From: Eledone cirrhosa
Lineage: Eukaryota
NCBI GenBank assembly: GCA_964016885.1
Contig: OZ024741.1
Coordinates: 337,714,001 to 337,778,000, forward strand
DNA: 64,000 nt
Direction: 5' to 3'
Shown here piece by piece: positions 1 through 10,525 of this stretch; position 1 is the first letter of the stretch; every line of letters begins with the position of its first letter. The position numbers and the translations under genes were made by a program. The notes beneath the pieces were generated by a model. That model had not been told where the DNA came from and ran no database searches. It saw only the letters and a program-made list of their open reading frames with translations.

Positions 1-819
1 ATTTTGATTACAATAATCATTACATTGGATGTGATTTTTTTCTTGTCAATATATGACTAACATTCATCAACACTATTAATCATTTTGTTACTGTATTTCT
101 AATGAGATATTTTGTATTTTAATTAATTAACAAAAGATTTGCAAAAATGTTCATCTCATTAAGATAGTTTTTGTAGCATAATCTCATTTAAAGTTATGCT
201 GGAAGGTTTTAACTTAAGTAGGAACTCTTTAAAATAGGTGGGGGTTTTCATAGAAACTAAAGCAGTCTAAAGGTTGGTACAAAAAGGGTTAACCTGTTTA
301 GTATAAGAATCCTGTTAACTTAACTCAGGAGAGCTGAAAAACAGGTCTTCAGAGAAGAACAACCCTCATGCAAGTGTTTCAGCCCTTAACCTCTTCACAA
401 CACTAGATATTCTTAAACATTTTCAATCCACATCAATTTTGTTCTGGCTCTCAACATTCTGAATTCAAAGAGTAAAGTCTTCAAACACTCCTTCCAACAG
501 GATCCCCAAGCAAGACCAGCCAAGTTCATGGATGTTATCCAATCATATTGCTCAGGGTCTTCCTCCCCTGGGCCTCCTACCTGCTGGTTTTGCCCATAAA
601 ATCTATCCAGCCTTGTGTCTAAATAAAAAGTTAATATTATTACTAATATCCCATTCTTTTCTATTAGTTCTTGATAGGATGGGATCTCAGCAAAGCAAAC
701 TAATAGGACACATGTCACTTATTTCACAATGTTTCACGTGTCGTCAGTAGTGAACAATCTTTCCTTCCCCATTGTTGCAGCTTGAAGAATTTAAGCCTTT
801 TGCTACCAAACTCAATGAA

Positions 820-1240
820 ACCATCCCTCCTTGGTTCAATGATGCTCAGCTGTTTATATTTATCTAAAAACCCTCCTATCATAATTTTATGTAAGAGCCT
901 TTGTTAAGTTATGTTCCAAACACCAACTTTATAGCAAGAAAGTTAGTTACATAACTAAATCCTACCAAGTTCTTGTTAATTCTAAAAATTATTTGAAAAC
1001 CATAGGCAGTGTCTTTCATTAGATATATGATAGTGATAGACATAAAATCATGTTCTCACAATTTAAATATATTACTAAGTCCCTCTAAATACTTTATTAA
1101 GTTATGTTCCAAATACCAGCTTAATAACAAGAATGTTAGTTTTATTACTAAATCTCTCCAAATTCTTGATTATTTTCAAAATTATTTCAAAGACAATAGA
1201 CAGTATCTGTAATTAGAAATATGGTAACAAAAAGGTTAAA
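820..1240 (+). repeat. Degenerate internally repetitive element (ccatcataattttatgtaag...gttaagttatgttccaaa family) ending aaaaggttaa
   Basis: The same motifs recur at 26960-28040, 58790-58880 and 61700-61820, and in reverse at about 60-290. The TTAA-type end suggests a piggyBac-like MITE (inference). Confidence 0.5.
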
Positions 1241-1267
1241 ATAATCCCTGTTTCTTTTTAATTCCAG

Positions 1268-1430
1268 ATGGTTTTACATAATGCAATGACAGCTGATAAT
1301 TTCAGAGGTGAAAGAGATGAAATCCTGACATCATCTGATCATTTTAGCGAGAAGTCAACCATGTCATCATATGATGATAGTGGTAATGGCAACAGTGATG
1401 GCAATACAATCCTCTATGAGGAATTACCAG
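1268..1430 (+). CDS. Pcdh: Protocadherin paralog 1, penultimate (cytoplasmic) coding exon; the ectodomain exon lies upstream of the window
   Basis: Acceptor tttcttttttaattccag|ATG and donor CCAG|GTAAGA; 163 nt (phase 0 to 1). Peptide MVLHNAMT...DDSGNGNSDGNTILYEELPG aligns with exon 54948-55107 (MPLHQTMT...NTVLCEKLPG). Confidence 0.85.
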
Positions 1431-1857
1431 GTAAGATTCACCCGCTTCAACCCCCATCACCACAACCACAACCTTTACCACTACCACCATCACCACAACC
1501 ACAAGCTTTACCACTACCTCCACCACCACCACCTTCATCACCATCACCACCACCTTCAGAACTTTTCTGGTGATTTCTTATGAATGAAACAGCTCTAGTC
1601 TTGTAGAAGTAATTTCTATAATAGAATAAATACATATATATATATATATAAAATGAATTAACAGAGTCATAGACTTGCATTAGTCCTTGTAAATTATGTG
1701 CTCAAAGGAAAAGGAATCCTGGGCTCTTCAAATATAATATGTAGAAAAGATAACAGTTGAGAGAGAGAGTGTGTGTGTTTATCAATATACTGGAAATTGG
1801 TAAACACACACACTCTCTCTCTCAACTGTTATCTTTTCTGCATATTATATATATATC

Positions 1858-3165
1858 TAGGGCAGGTAAAATTCCTGAAATCCATGGACGAGTTCTCTCC
1901 AACGGTCTCTGTCCCTCATTATCGCTGCCATGTCCTGCGTCTCCAACAGACCAGTGTCTGTCCTTAGGGCATCAACATACATTAACCTTGGTCTTCCTCT
2001 TCCAGTGTGTCCATGTAGGGCTCCCACAGGAATACTGAGTGCAATGTCAACTCTGGATGTCGGTGAGCATGTCCAGCTAACCTCAATCTCCTCTGTGTCA
2101 CTTTTGAGCTGACTTTTGGGAGGCTCCCATACAGCTCTGAATTTTTCATCCCCAGTGTATACTGATTAATGTTCAGAGCCATCCTCAGCATTCTCGTGTA
2201 GCATCCATCCACCATCTGAGTGAGTTTCTTGGTCAGTGTCCAAGTCTCAGACCTGTACAGCAGCACAGACTCCACTACAGCAATGAAGAGGCGGATTTTC
2301 AGGTCTTTACGAAGGTCCGACTTCCACACCGATCTCAAGCTGTGGCACGCCCCCCAGGCTTTGCTCTTCCTCTCAAGCACATCATCTTCCGTATTCCCAA
2401 TCTTTGCTCCCAAATACAGGAAGTCCTCAACCAATTCTAGCGGCTTCCCACCTACATTAGTGATCCCCTCTGGCTTCTCAACATTCTCTACCAGATATTT
2501 TGTTTTAGTCTCATTCATTCTCAGCCCCACACTCATCGACACAGTCTCAACCTCCTGCATCAAATCCTCTGCCTCCTTCACTGTATTTGTCACCAAAACT
2601 ATGTCGTCGGCAAATTCAGCATCCAATATCTTTTTCGCCTTAACTCTCCTACTCTGAGCCGGTGCTACAGTAAAGCCAGAGTCCTGGTGTTTCTCCAGTG
2701 CATGGCACATACAATAGTCCACTACGATGATAAAAAGGTAGGGAGCCAATGTATCTCCCTGGAGCACTCCAGCCAGTATCTCAAAGAACTCTGTCATCCC
2801 ATCAGGTGTAATGACTTGGGCTTTGGTGTTGGTGTAGAGCAGTGATATCAGGTCCACTATCTTCTTGGGGATTCCAACATCGTCCCAATGCCAAAGAAGG
2901 GAGATGTCTCTAACACCAACAACTACATGGGGATCTCACTGACGTCACTTGTGGCAAAGACCCTCAATAGGATGATTCTTAACAGGATCCAGCCTGAGAT
3001 GGAGAAGCTCAGGGACAACCAGAACGGCTTCAGAGAAGGAAGATCAACCACCAGTCACATCCTGATGCTGAGGAGGATATTAGAGGGAGCTAGAGCAAAG
3101 TGCCTTCCTGCGGTCATGGTTTTCATTGACTTTAAGAAGGCCTTTGATTCTGTGGACCGTCACTG
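1858..3165 (-). mobile_element. RTE-clade LINE fragment (family A) with inverted 5' segment
   Basis: Minus ORF 1982-2857 has RT motifs GVLQGDTLAPYLF, FADD, FLYLG, SETW. Plus ORF from 2888 has the preceding RT motifs PKKGD, QNGFREGRST, FIDFKKAFDSV. Confidence 0.9.
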
Positions 3166-3184
3166 CACATATATATATATATAT

Positions 3185-3529
3185 ATAATATATAAGATCA
3201 AAAGATGGTTAAAAGAGTTCCATGTATTTTATTATGCGCATTTCAAAAACAAATATCATCATGCAATAACATTTGTGTTTTCATCAGATAAAATAGGAAG
3301 ACATGATATGAAGGTTAAAAAACACTTGTGAATAGTGCAGTTTTAAATCAACATATGATATGTTGATTTAAAACTGCACTATTCACAAGTGTTTTTTAAC
3401 CTTCATATCATGTCTTCCTATTTTATCTGATGAAAACACAAATGTTATTGCATGATGATATTTGTTTTTGAAATGCGCATAATAAAATACATGGAACTCT
3501 TTTAACCATCTTTTGATCTTATATATTAT
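3185..3529. repeat. Near-perfect about 345-bp palindrome, centre 3357
   Basis: Arms are reverse complements (identical peptide appears in ORFs 2888+ and 3383-); centre tcaacatat-g-atatgttga. Confidence 0.95.
3419..3489 (+). ncRNA. Minimal type I hammerhead ribozyme motif (mirror copy 3225-3295, minus)
   Basis: Helix I TATTTTAT/ATAAAATA; core CTGATGA; long helix II ACAAATGTT/GATATTTGT; GAAA; palindromic helix III TGCGCA; cleavage triplet ATA. Confidence 0.8.
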
Positions 3530-3616
3530 GTATACTCCAGTCCTACAAACTGTAGAGTGCTTCTTATCCGATATCTGCATTGCTTTATTGTACTGCAATA
3601 AAACTCACCTCCTACA

Positions 3617-3640
<24 letters not shown>

Positions 3641-3648
<8 letters not shown>

Positions 3649-4187
3649 ATACTTTGGGAGGGTCATGTTGCCAATAAGAAACACACGCACCAGTTGCTTT
3701 CACTTCAATTTAATTTATTATATATTTATAAATTTACAAATTTATAAATTTCTGGTTGGTTGGTTGGTTCCACAACCAGATAGTTGTTTATATATATATA
3801 GTCATAGTTCTTTCGTCACACACTCTGTGACCTCTTCAGTGACTGGGGATTTCTTTCTTCGTTTCTGTGCCTTTCCTTTCTTCTATCCTACGCCATTTTG
3901 TTTGTGTGTGGGCAACCCACACACAAACAAAATGGCGTAGGATAGAAGAAAGGAAAGGCACAGAAACGAAGAAAGAAATCCCCAGTCACTGAAGAGGTCA
4001 CAGAGTGTGTGACGAAAGAACTATGACTATATATATATAAGCAACTATCTGGTTGTGGAACCAACCAACCAACCAGAAATTTATAAATTTGTAAATTTAT
4101 AAATATATAATAAATTAAATTGAAGTGAAAGCAACTGGTGCGTGTGTTTCTTATTGGCAACATGACCCTCCCAAAGTATAACAATAT
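3641..4187. repeat. Near-perfect about 547-bp palindrome, centre 3914
   Basis: Arms are reverse complements around gtgtggg-caa-cccacac; ORFs 3644+ and 3888- give almost identical peptides. Confidence 0.95.
3984..4028 (+). ncRNA. Minimal hammerhead ribozyme motif (mirror copy 3800-3844, minus)
   Basis: AGTCA-CTGAAGA-G-GTCAC-agagtgt-GTGAC-GAAA-GAAC-TA-TGACT: 5-bp helix I, 5-bp helix II, intact core. Confidence 0.75.
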
Positions 4188-4241
4188 CGGTTTCAACACA
4201 CGATTTCAGATAAAGAATCTTGCTAAACAAATTCAGAAACG

Positions 4242-4316
<75 letters not shown>

Positions 4317-5115
4317 TATATATATATTCTGGACAGAAATAGCTTGAAACGGCTTGAGCTCTGCCGTCGGGGTCTTGAACATTTTCCTATTACCCACTCT
4401 ACTACCCAGAGTATTGAGTACTCTAGTGCGTTATGGTCCACTTGGTTCCTTACCACACTTCCTTTGTTATATATATATATATATATTATGAAGAGTTGGG
4501 ACCCAACAGCTGAGCTCTTGTCATTTCAGCAGCTTGTTCCAGACTAGGAGCTCAATTTTTTATAATATAACCATACTCTACTACCCCAACTATCAAGTAC
4601 TCTGTTGAGTAATGGTCTAACTAGTTTCAAACTGGTTCTATCCTGATTTATATATATAGGAGTCATGACAAAAAGCATCGAGCACACACTGTAAATATGG
4701 TTGACGTTAAGAAGGGCATCCAGCCCTAGAAATCTAGCCAGAAACAGTCCTATATGAGCAAGACAGTCATCTGACCCAACTTGCCTCTAATGGGACAACC
4801 CATCTAACCCATGGAAAATGGACATTAAACAATGATGATGATGATATATATATATATATATATATAATTATATTTATTAAAATAACAGATTAAAGTTTAA
4901 GCAAAGAATCGCTGCTTTCACCCTTAACGGGATCTTCTGAAACTAAAATTAATAAATATTTGCTCTACGGTTCTTATATATTTGATATATATTTATCCTT
5001 ATCGAGCCCTCTTTAGATTCTAGTCTTCAAATTTATTATTATTACTATATATAATTATATGTTTTATATATATATATATATATATAAAAAACCACAGACC
5101 CTCCATCTCAACTCA

Positions 5116-5153
5116 CCTTTTGAAAAGCAGAAGAACTGCGAAACCGGTAAAGG
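5116..5153 (+). ncRNA. Minimal hammerhead motif with U3-A8 core variant
   Basis: CCTT-TTGAAAA-GCAG-aagaa-CTGC-GAAA-CCGG-TA-AAGG; all three helices pair and helix III is palindromic. Confidence 0.7.
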
Positions 5154-5285
5154 AACCAAATAAATATATATATATTTTTTTTTAAATAAGACTTCAGTTG
5201 CATTTTCGATTTCATCTCTTTTTCTTTATACTTTCATTCGTGTAGGACACCTCGGTTATTTTTCATTTTGTAAAAAAAACCTCAC

Positions 5286-5319
<34 letters not shown>

Positions 5320-5326
<7 letters not shown>

Positions 5327-7870
5327 GAAAAATTGAACAGGGACAGAACAGAGAGGCAGTACGATAAATGTTTATTAAATTCACGCTCAGGAGGGTGGGG
5401 GGTAGGTGTGGGACGACGTTTCGGGCATAAGCCCTTCTTCAGGTGAGAGTTCAAAAGGTGTGTAGGGGAGTGGTGGAGAGACATATAGCGAAAGGAGACG
5501 GTGCGAATGAAAAATTAACAAATAAAGACAAAAATATAATAAATAATAAATAATAAATAAAGCATGATCAAAATACAAGGAATGAGAAAATTTAAAAATA
5601 AAGGCATGATCAAAGTAAACTGAAATTAAAAGGGGGGTAAACAGGTGGTGGAAGGGTGTGGGGTGAGTAGAGGTGGTGGCGAGTGGAGTGGGGAGAGGGA
5701 GACGGGGTGTCCGAGCGGGGAGGGCTGAAGGTGGTGTGTGTGGTTAGGTGTGCGTGTGTGTGTGTGTGTGTGTATGTGAAAGTGAGGGTTGGGGGAAGAA
5801 CGGGGTTGCATGTTCAGGAAGGTGTGTGGGGGGGGGGGGGGTCGGAGGGTATGTGTGTGTGTGGATAGGGGGGGGAGAGAAATCAGGGGGCTGAGGGTGT
5901 AAATATGTGGTGGGAAGCACGTGTGTGTGGTTTAAGCGTGTTGTAGGTGTGGGTGGCGTGTGGATAAAAAAAATTGTTTTGGGGTGTGTGTGAGGGTGAG
6001 TTATATAGGTGATGGTGTAAGAGGATTGTTGAAAGTGGTAAGTTACACAGATGTATGGAGATTTTGGTTGGAAGTCAAAACGCGTGTGGGTAATCCAAGA
6101 AGTGGTGGTCGGAAGAGGAGAGATGTGGGGTGCGCGCGCAACAGGAAGTGGTCAGCAGTGGAAGTGCTGTGGTCAGTTGGTGCTGAGACAGTGGTCGGAA
6201 GGGCATAGCAGCAGTCGGCGGAATGGTAGGGAGGCGAGGATGGGTAGGTGTGAGAGTTGGAGTGAGGAGGGTGTGTGTGTGTGTGTGTATTAGTAGGGGT
6301 GTTAGTGGGATGAGTGAGTGTGGAGTGGGGAGAGAAGGGTGTGTGTGGTTCTATGGAGGGAGTGTGGTGTACTGGTGTGTGTGTAGTTTGGTGAGGAGGT
6401 GTTAGTGGGTGTTAGTATACGGGAGGTGGGGAGGGGTGGAATGCAGGTGTGGGTGGGGGTAGGGTGTGTAGAGTTGGTGGTGTACGAGGGTGTGTGGGTA
6501 CGTGTGCGTGGGGTTGGAGGGTGTTAGTGATGTTAGTTGAGTGTGGGGTGGGTGGTGTAAGTGGGTGCGTGTGTGCGTGTGATAAGGAGGGGGGAGGAGG
6601 AGAAGAGGGGAGGGAAGGGATGTTAGTATGTTAGTTGGGGAAGGGTGGTCAGATGAGGGGTGGAGTGGAGGTGTTAGTATTGTTAGTGTGGGGTGGGCGG
6701 TGAAAAGGAGGGGTGTGTTAGTGGTGTTAGTGGGGGATAAGTGGGGGGAGGGGGCGGTCGAACGCTAAAGGAATAAGGGTGGGGAGTTCAGGCCGGGGGG
6801 AGTGTGGGTCTGTAAGATGAAGATAGTACGTTGTTCGACCGTAAGGCGATGGGCGGGTGTTCCGTGGCACTGGAGTAGGCCACAGACTGTGAGATGGCGT
6901 GCGGAGTGTCCAGGGCCACCAAAGTGGCGGGCGATGGGGGAACTGCCCTCGAGACGAATGTCCCGGAGGTGCTCCGTGACTCGGTCCACCAGGCGGTGTC
7001 CCGTCTGTCCGACATAAGTCGCGCTGCACCTCGTGCAACGAAGTCCGTAGACTAGGTTGGAGGAGGTGCAGCGGAAGGCATGCCGGACCGAGAGAGGGTG
7101 GCCGTTGGGACCCTGGAAGGTGGTGGTGTTGGTGATGTGGGGACAGGTGTTGCAGCGGAGCCTAGAACAGGGGAAGGAACCGGGGGGGGGAACGGAGCGT
7201 GGGTTGGGGGGTAGGGAGCTGTGGACGAGGAGGGTGCGGAGATTGCGTGCGCGTTTGAAGGAGGGGAGTGGTGGGGTTGGGAAGATGTGGGAGGTGGAGG
7301 GGTCGGACTGGAGGTGTCGGAAGAGGCGGCGGATGGTGCGGTGGAGGGGTAAGGTGGAGGGGTGGTAGGTGATGGGGAAGGGGAGACGGTGGGTGGGTGT
7401 GCGGTGGCGTGGGGTGAGGGTGGTGGAGCGGGGGATAGCATGGGCGCGGGTGAGAGCGGTGTGGACGAGAGAGGGGGGGTAACCTCTGCGGATGAAATGG
7501 CTGACTAGGGAAAGGGCCTGGGACTCGAAGTCAGCATCTCGGCTACAGAGGCGGCGGATCCTGAGAAGTTGGCAGTAGGGAATGGAGAGTTTAGTGTGGG
7601 TGGGGTGGGAAGAGGTGAAGTCGAGGTAAGAGTGGGAGTCGGTGGGTTTGAAGAAGGCGGAGGTGACGAGGGAGTGGTGGGAGGGGTCGAAGGCGACGGA
7701 GATGTCCAAGAAGTGGACGTGGGTGGTGGAGATAGAGGTGGTGAAGTGGAGGGAGGGGTGGAAGGAGCAGAAGAAGGAGAGAAAGGAGTCAAGCTGTACT
7801 CGGGTGAGGGTCGTGGCTCCGATACAGTCGTCAATGTAACAACCGTACAGTTCGGGCGTGGGGCCGTTGT
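5320..7870 (-). mobile_element. Penelope-like element (probably Neptune-type), 5'-truncated: RT C-half + GIY-YIG endonuclease + long CA-rich 3' region
   Basis: Reading frame about 7870-6765: YIDD, FLDI, FKPTDSHSYLDFTSSHP, linker CSRLRCNTC, GIY-YIG NLVYGLRCTRCSATYVGQT..R..EH; flanked by (TA)n. Confidence 0.9.
5410..5448 (-). ncRNA. Hammerhead core at the 3' end of the Penelope-like element
   Basis: Minus strand CTGAAGA-A-GGGC-ttat-GCCC-GAAA-CG-TC, same strand as the PLE ORF; helix I is weak (2 bp). Confidence 0.65.
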
Positions 7871-7904
7871 AATATATATATATATTTAATTATATATATA
7901 TATA

Positions 7905-9210
7905 TATATCATCATCACCGTTTTACGTCCGTTCTTCCACGCTAGCATGGGTTAGACGGGTTGTCCTGTTGTAGGCAGTGTCTGGTCGGCTGACCATGCC
8001 TTGCTCATACAGGAACTGATCTGGCTTGATTTCTACAGCTGGATGCCCTTCCTAACACCAACCTCATTTACAGTGAGTGCTGGGTGCTTTTTCGTGGCGC
8101 CTACACGTCCACTTTACAGTGTGGGCTGGGTGCTTTTTTGCTGTGGCACCTCCACGACCACCTTGCTGTATTACTGCATGACGCCAGAAGTCACGGTCGT
8201 GTGTCATTGTCTTTGAGAGGTGTAGTTGGGTAAGGTCGGCTTTTATCACCTCATCCCAAGTCATCTTGGGTCTCCCCACTCCGCGGTTTCCATCAACTTG
8301 TAGTGCTTGGCACCTTTTTATGCAGCTGTCATCCTTCATACGCATCACATGTCCATACCAGCGTAACCGCCTCTCCTGCATGCAGCATTTGATTCCTCTT
8401 ATGCTCAGTCTCTCTCTCAATTCCTTTATGCTTTGTTGTTCACGTATATTACTGTTACACATCCATCGGAGCATGCAGGCTTTGTTTCTCTCTAATCTAC
8501 GTAAGTCTTCCACCTTCAGCGCCCAGGTCTCACTACCATGCAACATCGCTGTTCGGATACACGCATCATACAGTCTGCCTTTCGTTCTGAGGGAGAAGCC
8601 TTTTGCAGCTAGCAGTGGTAGTAGTTCCCTAAACTTCTTCCATCCTGTTCTTACCCTAGTTATTGTACTTTCTGAGCACCCACCTCCGTTGCTAACTCGG
8701 TCACCTAGGTAGCAGAAGCTGTCTACTGTTTCTACAGGGCCCTCCCAGAGATTGGTGGTACTTGTTTCCTGTGGCTGTTTGCTTGCTGTTTCAGCACAGC
8801 TGCTGCATGTGAATCCTACATTCTTAATTAAGCTTCCTGAGATCCCGCTACATCTCTTGTGTACCCATTGTTTGCATTTGGGGCAGAGAATGGAGTTCCT
8901 ACCTACACCTTTCCTACATACTGAGCAAGGCCATTTCCCTGAGGGGATCTGGGTTCTGTTTTCTCGTCTACTTACAAGGACCTTAGTCTTTGTCATGTTG
9001 ACTTTGAGGCCCTTTCTCTCTAGTCCCTGCTTCCAGGTTTGGAATTTATTCTCTAGTTCTACCATAGATTCAGCTATGAGTGCGAGGTCATCAGCATACA
9101 GGAGTTCCCATGAGCATCCGGTCTTAAACTCCTCTGTTATTGCCTGCAGGACTATGATGAACAGGAGAGGGCTAAGAACAGAGCCCTGGTGGACCCCAAC
9201 CTGTACGCTA
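7905..9210 (-). mobile_element. RTE LINE (family B), 5'-truncated
   Basis: GVHQGSVLSPLLF, YADD, Cys-rich insert, FCYLG, HGSETW, RLRWYGHVMRM; 3' tail ending ...acgtaaaacggtgatgatg; (TA)n on both sides. Confidence 0.92.
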
Positions 9211-9290
9211 AATTATATATATACATATATATGTATGTAAAAGGTAAACAGAAATAACAACACAATCGGTACAATATATATATATATATA

Positions 9291-10180
9291 CACGAGGTGT
9301 ATCTGAAAAGTAACAGGATTTAGTGGACTGTGAGCTATGAGTGGTGTAGGGATTAGCAGGTTGCATCGCCGTGTGATGTAATATCTGGGGAGTATATAAC
9401 TGCAATATCAGATTACTGCAGCCATTGTATGTTTTTTGGCGTGCTTTTGTTAACAGCTCCTCAATTTTAGGCCATCGAGTGATGGGATAGAGCAGCAAAC
9501 CAGCCTGAAGTTTCTGGTCCAGCTGTGGAAAATTCCATCAGAAGCACTCAGAATACTACAATATGTGTACAGAGATGAGAGGATGTCATGCCCATGTATT
9601 CTCGAGTGGTACAAAAGGTTTAAAGGGATGAGAACGTGGAAGACAACCCCAGGGGCAGAAGGCTTTCAATGAGCAGGACTGAGGCCAATGTTGAGCACAT
9701 GAGGCAGGTGGTGAGTGGTTATCATTGGCTGATTGTTTGCCTGATTGCAAGTGAGCTGAGCATGAACCACAACAGCTTTTGGGAGATTATCACCAAAGAT
9801 TTGTGCATGTGGAAGATCACCAGCTCACAATGCCCTGAGCATCTGGCAGTTCCTGGTCAAGAAGAACATCGCCATTTTGGGACAACCTCTTTATTCACCT
9901 GATCTTTATCCATGTGACTTTTTTCTTTTCCCCAAGCTCAAGAGAGTCATCAAAGGGACCCGTTTTGAAGGCATGCAGGCCATCAAGAAGGCTATAATGA
10001 AGGAGCTGAGGGGCATCCCAGAATAATCCTTCCAGCAGTGCATAGAAGCATGGCAGAGAAGGATAGAAAAGGGTATTAGACTTGAAGATGATTACTTTGA
10101 AGGGGAAACGATGTAGTTTGTTGTTTATAATTGAAATAAATTGTTTGTGGCACCAGTCCTGTTACTTTTCAGACAGACCT

Positions 10181-10184
<4 letters not shown>
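9291..10184 (+). mobile_element. Internally deleted mariner transposon
   Basis: TIRs cacgaggtgtatctgaaaagtaacagga / tcctgttacttttcagacagaccttgtg; relics of HTH (EDNPRGRR..SRTEANVE) and YSPDLxPCDFFLFPKLK. Confidence 0.85.
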
Positions 10185-10241
<57 letters not shown>

Positions 10242-10265
10242 GTACATATATACATGTACATATAT

Positions 10266-10318
<53 letters not shown>

Positions 10319-10456
10319 CAAGCAGGGAGAAGCGGACGTAAAATGATGATGATGATATATATATATATATATATATCATCATCATCATGATCTTCGTTTA
10401 ACGTCCATCTTCCATGGTAGCATGGGTTAGAAGGGATGTATATATATATATACATA

Positions 10457-10496
<40 letters not shown>

Positions 10497-10525
10497 AGTT
10501 CATATATATATATGCAAGTTCATAT

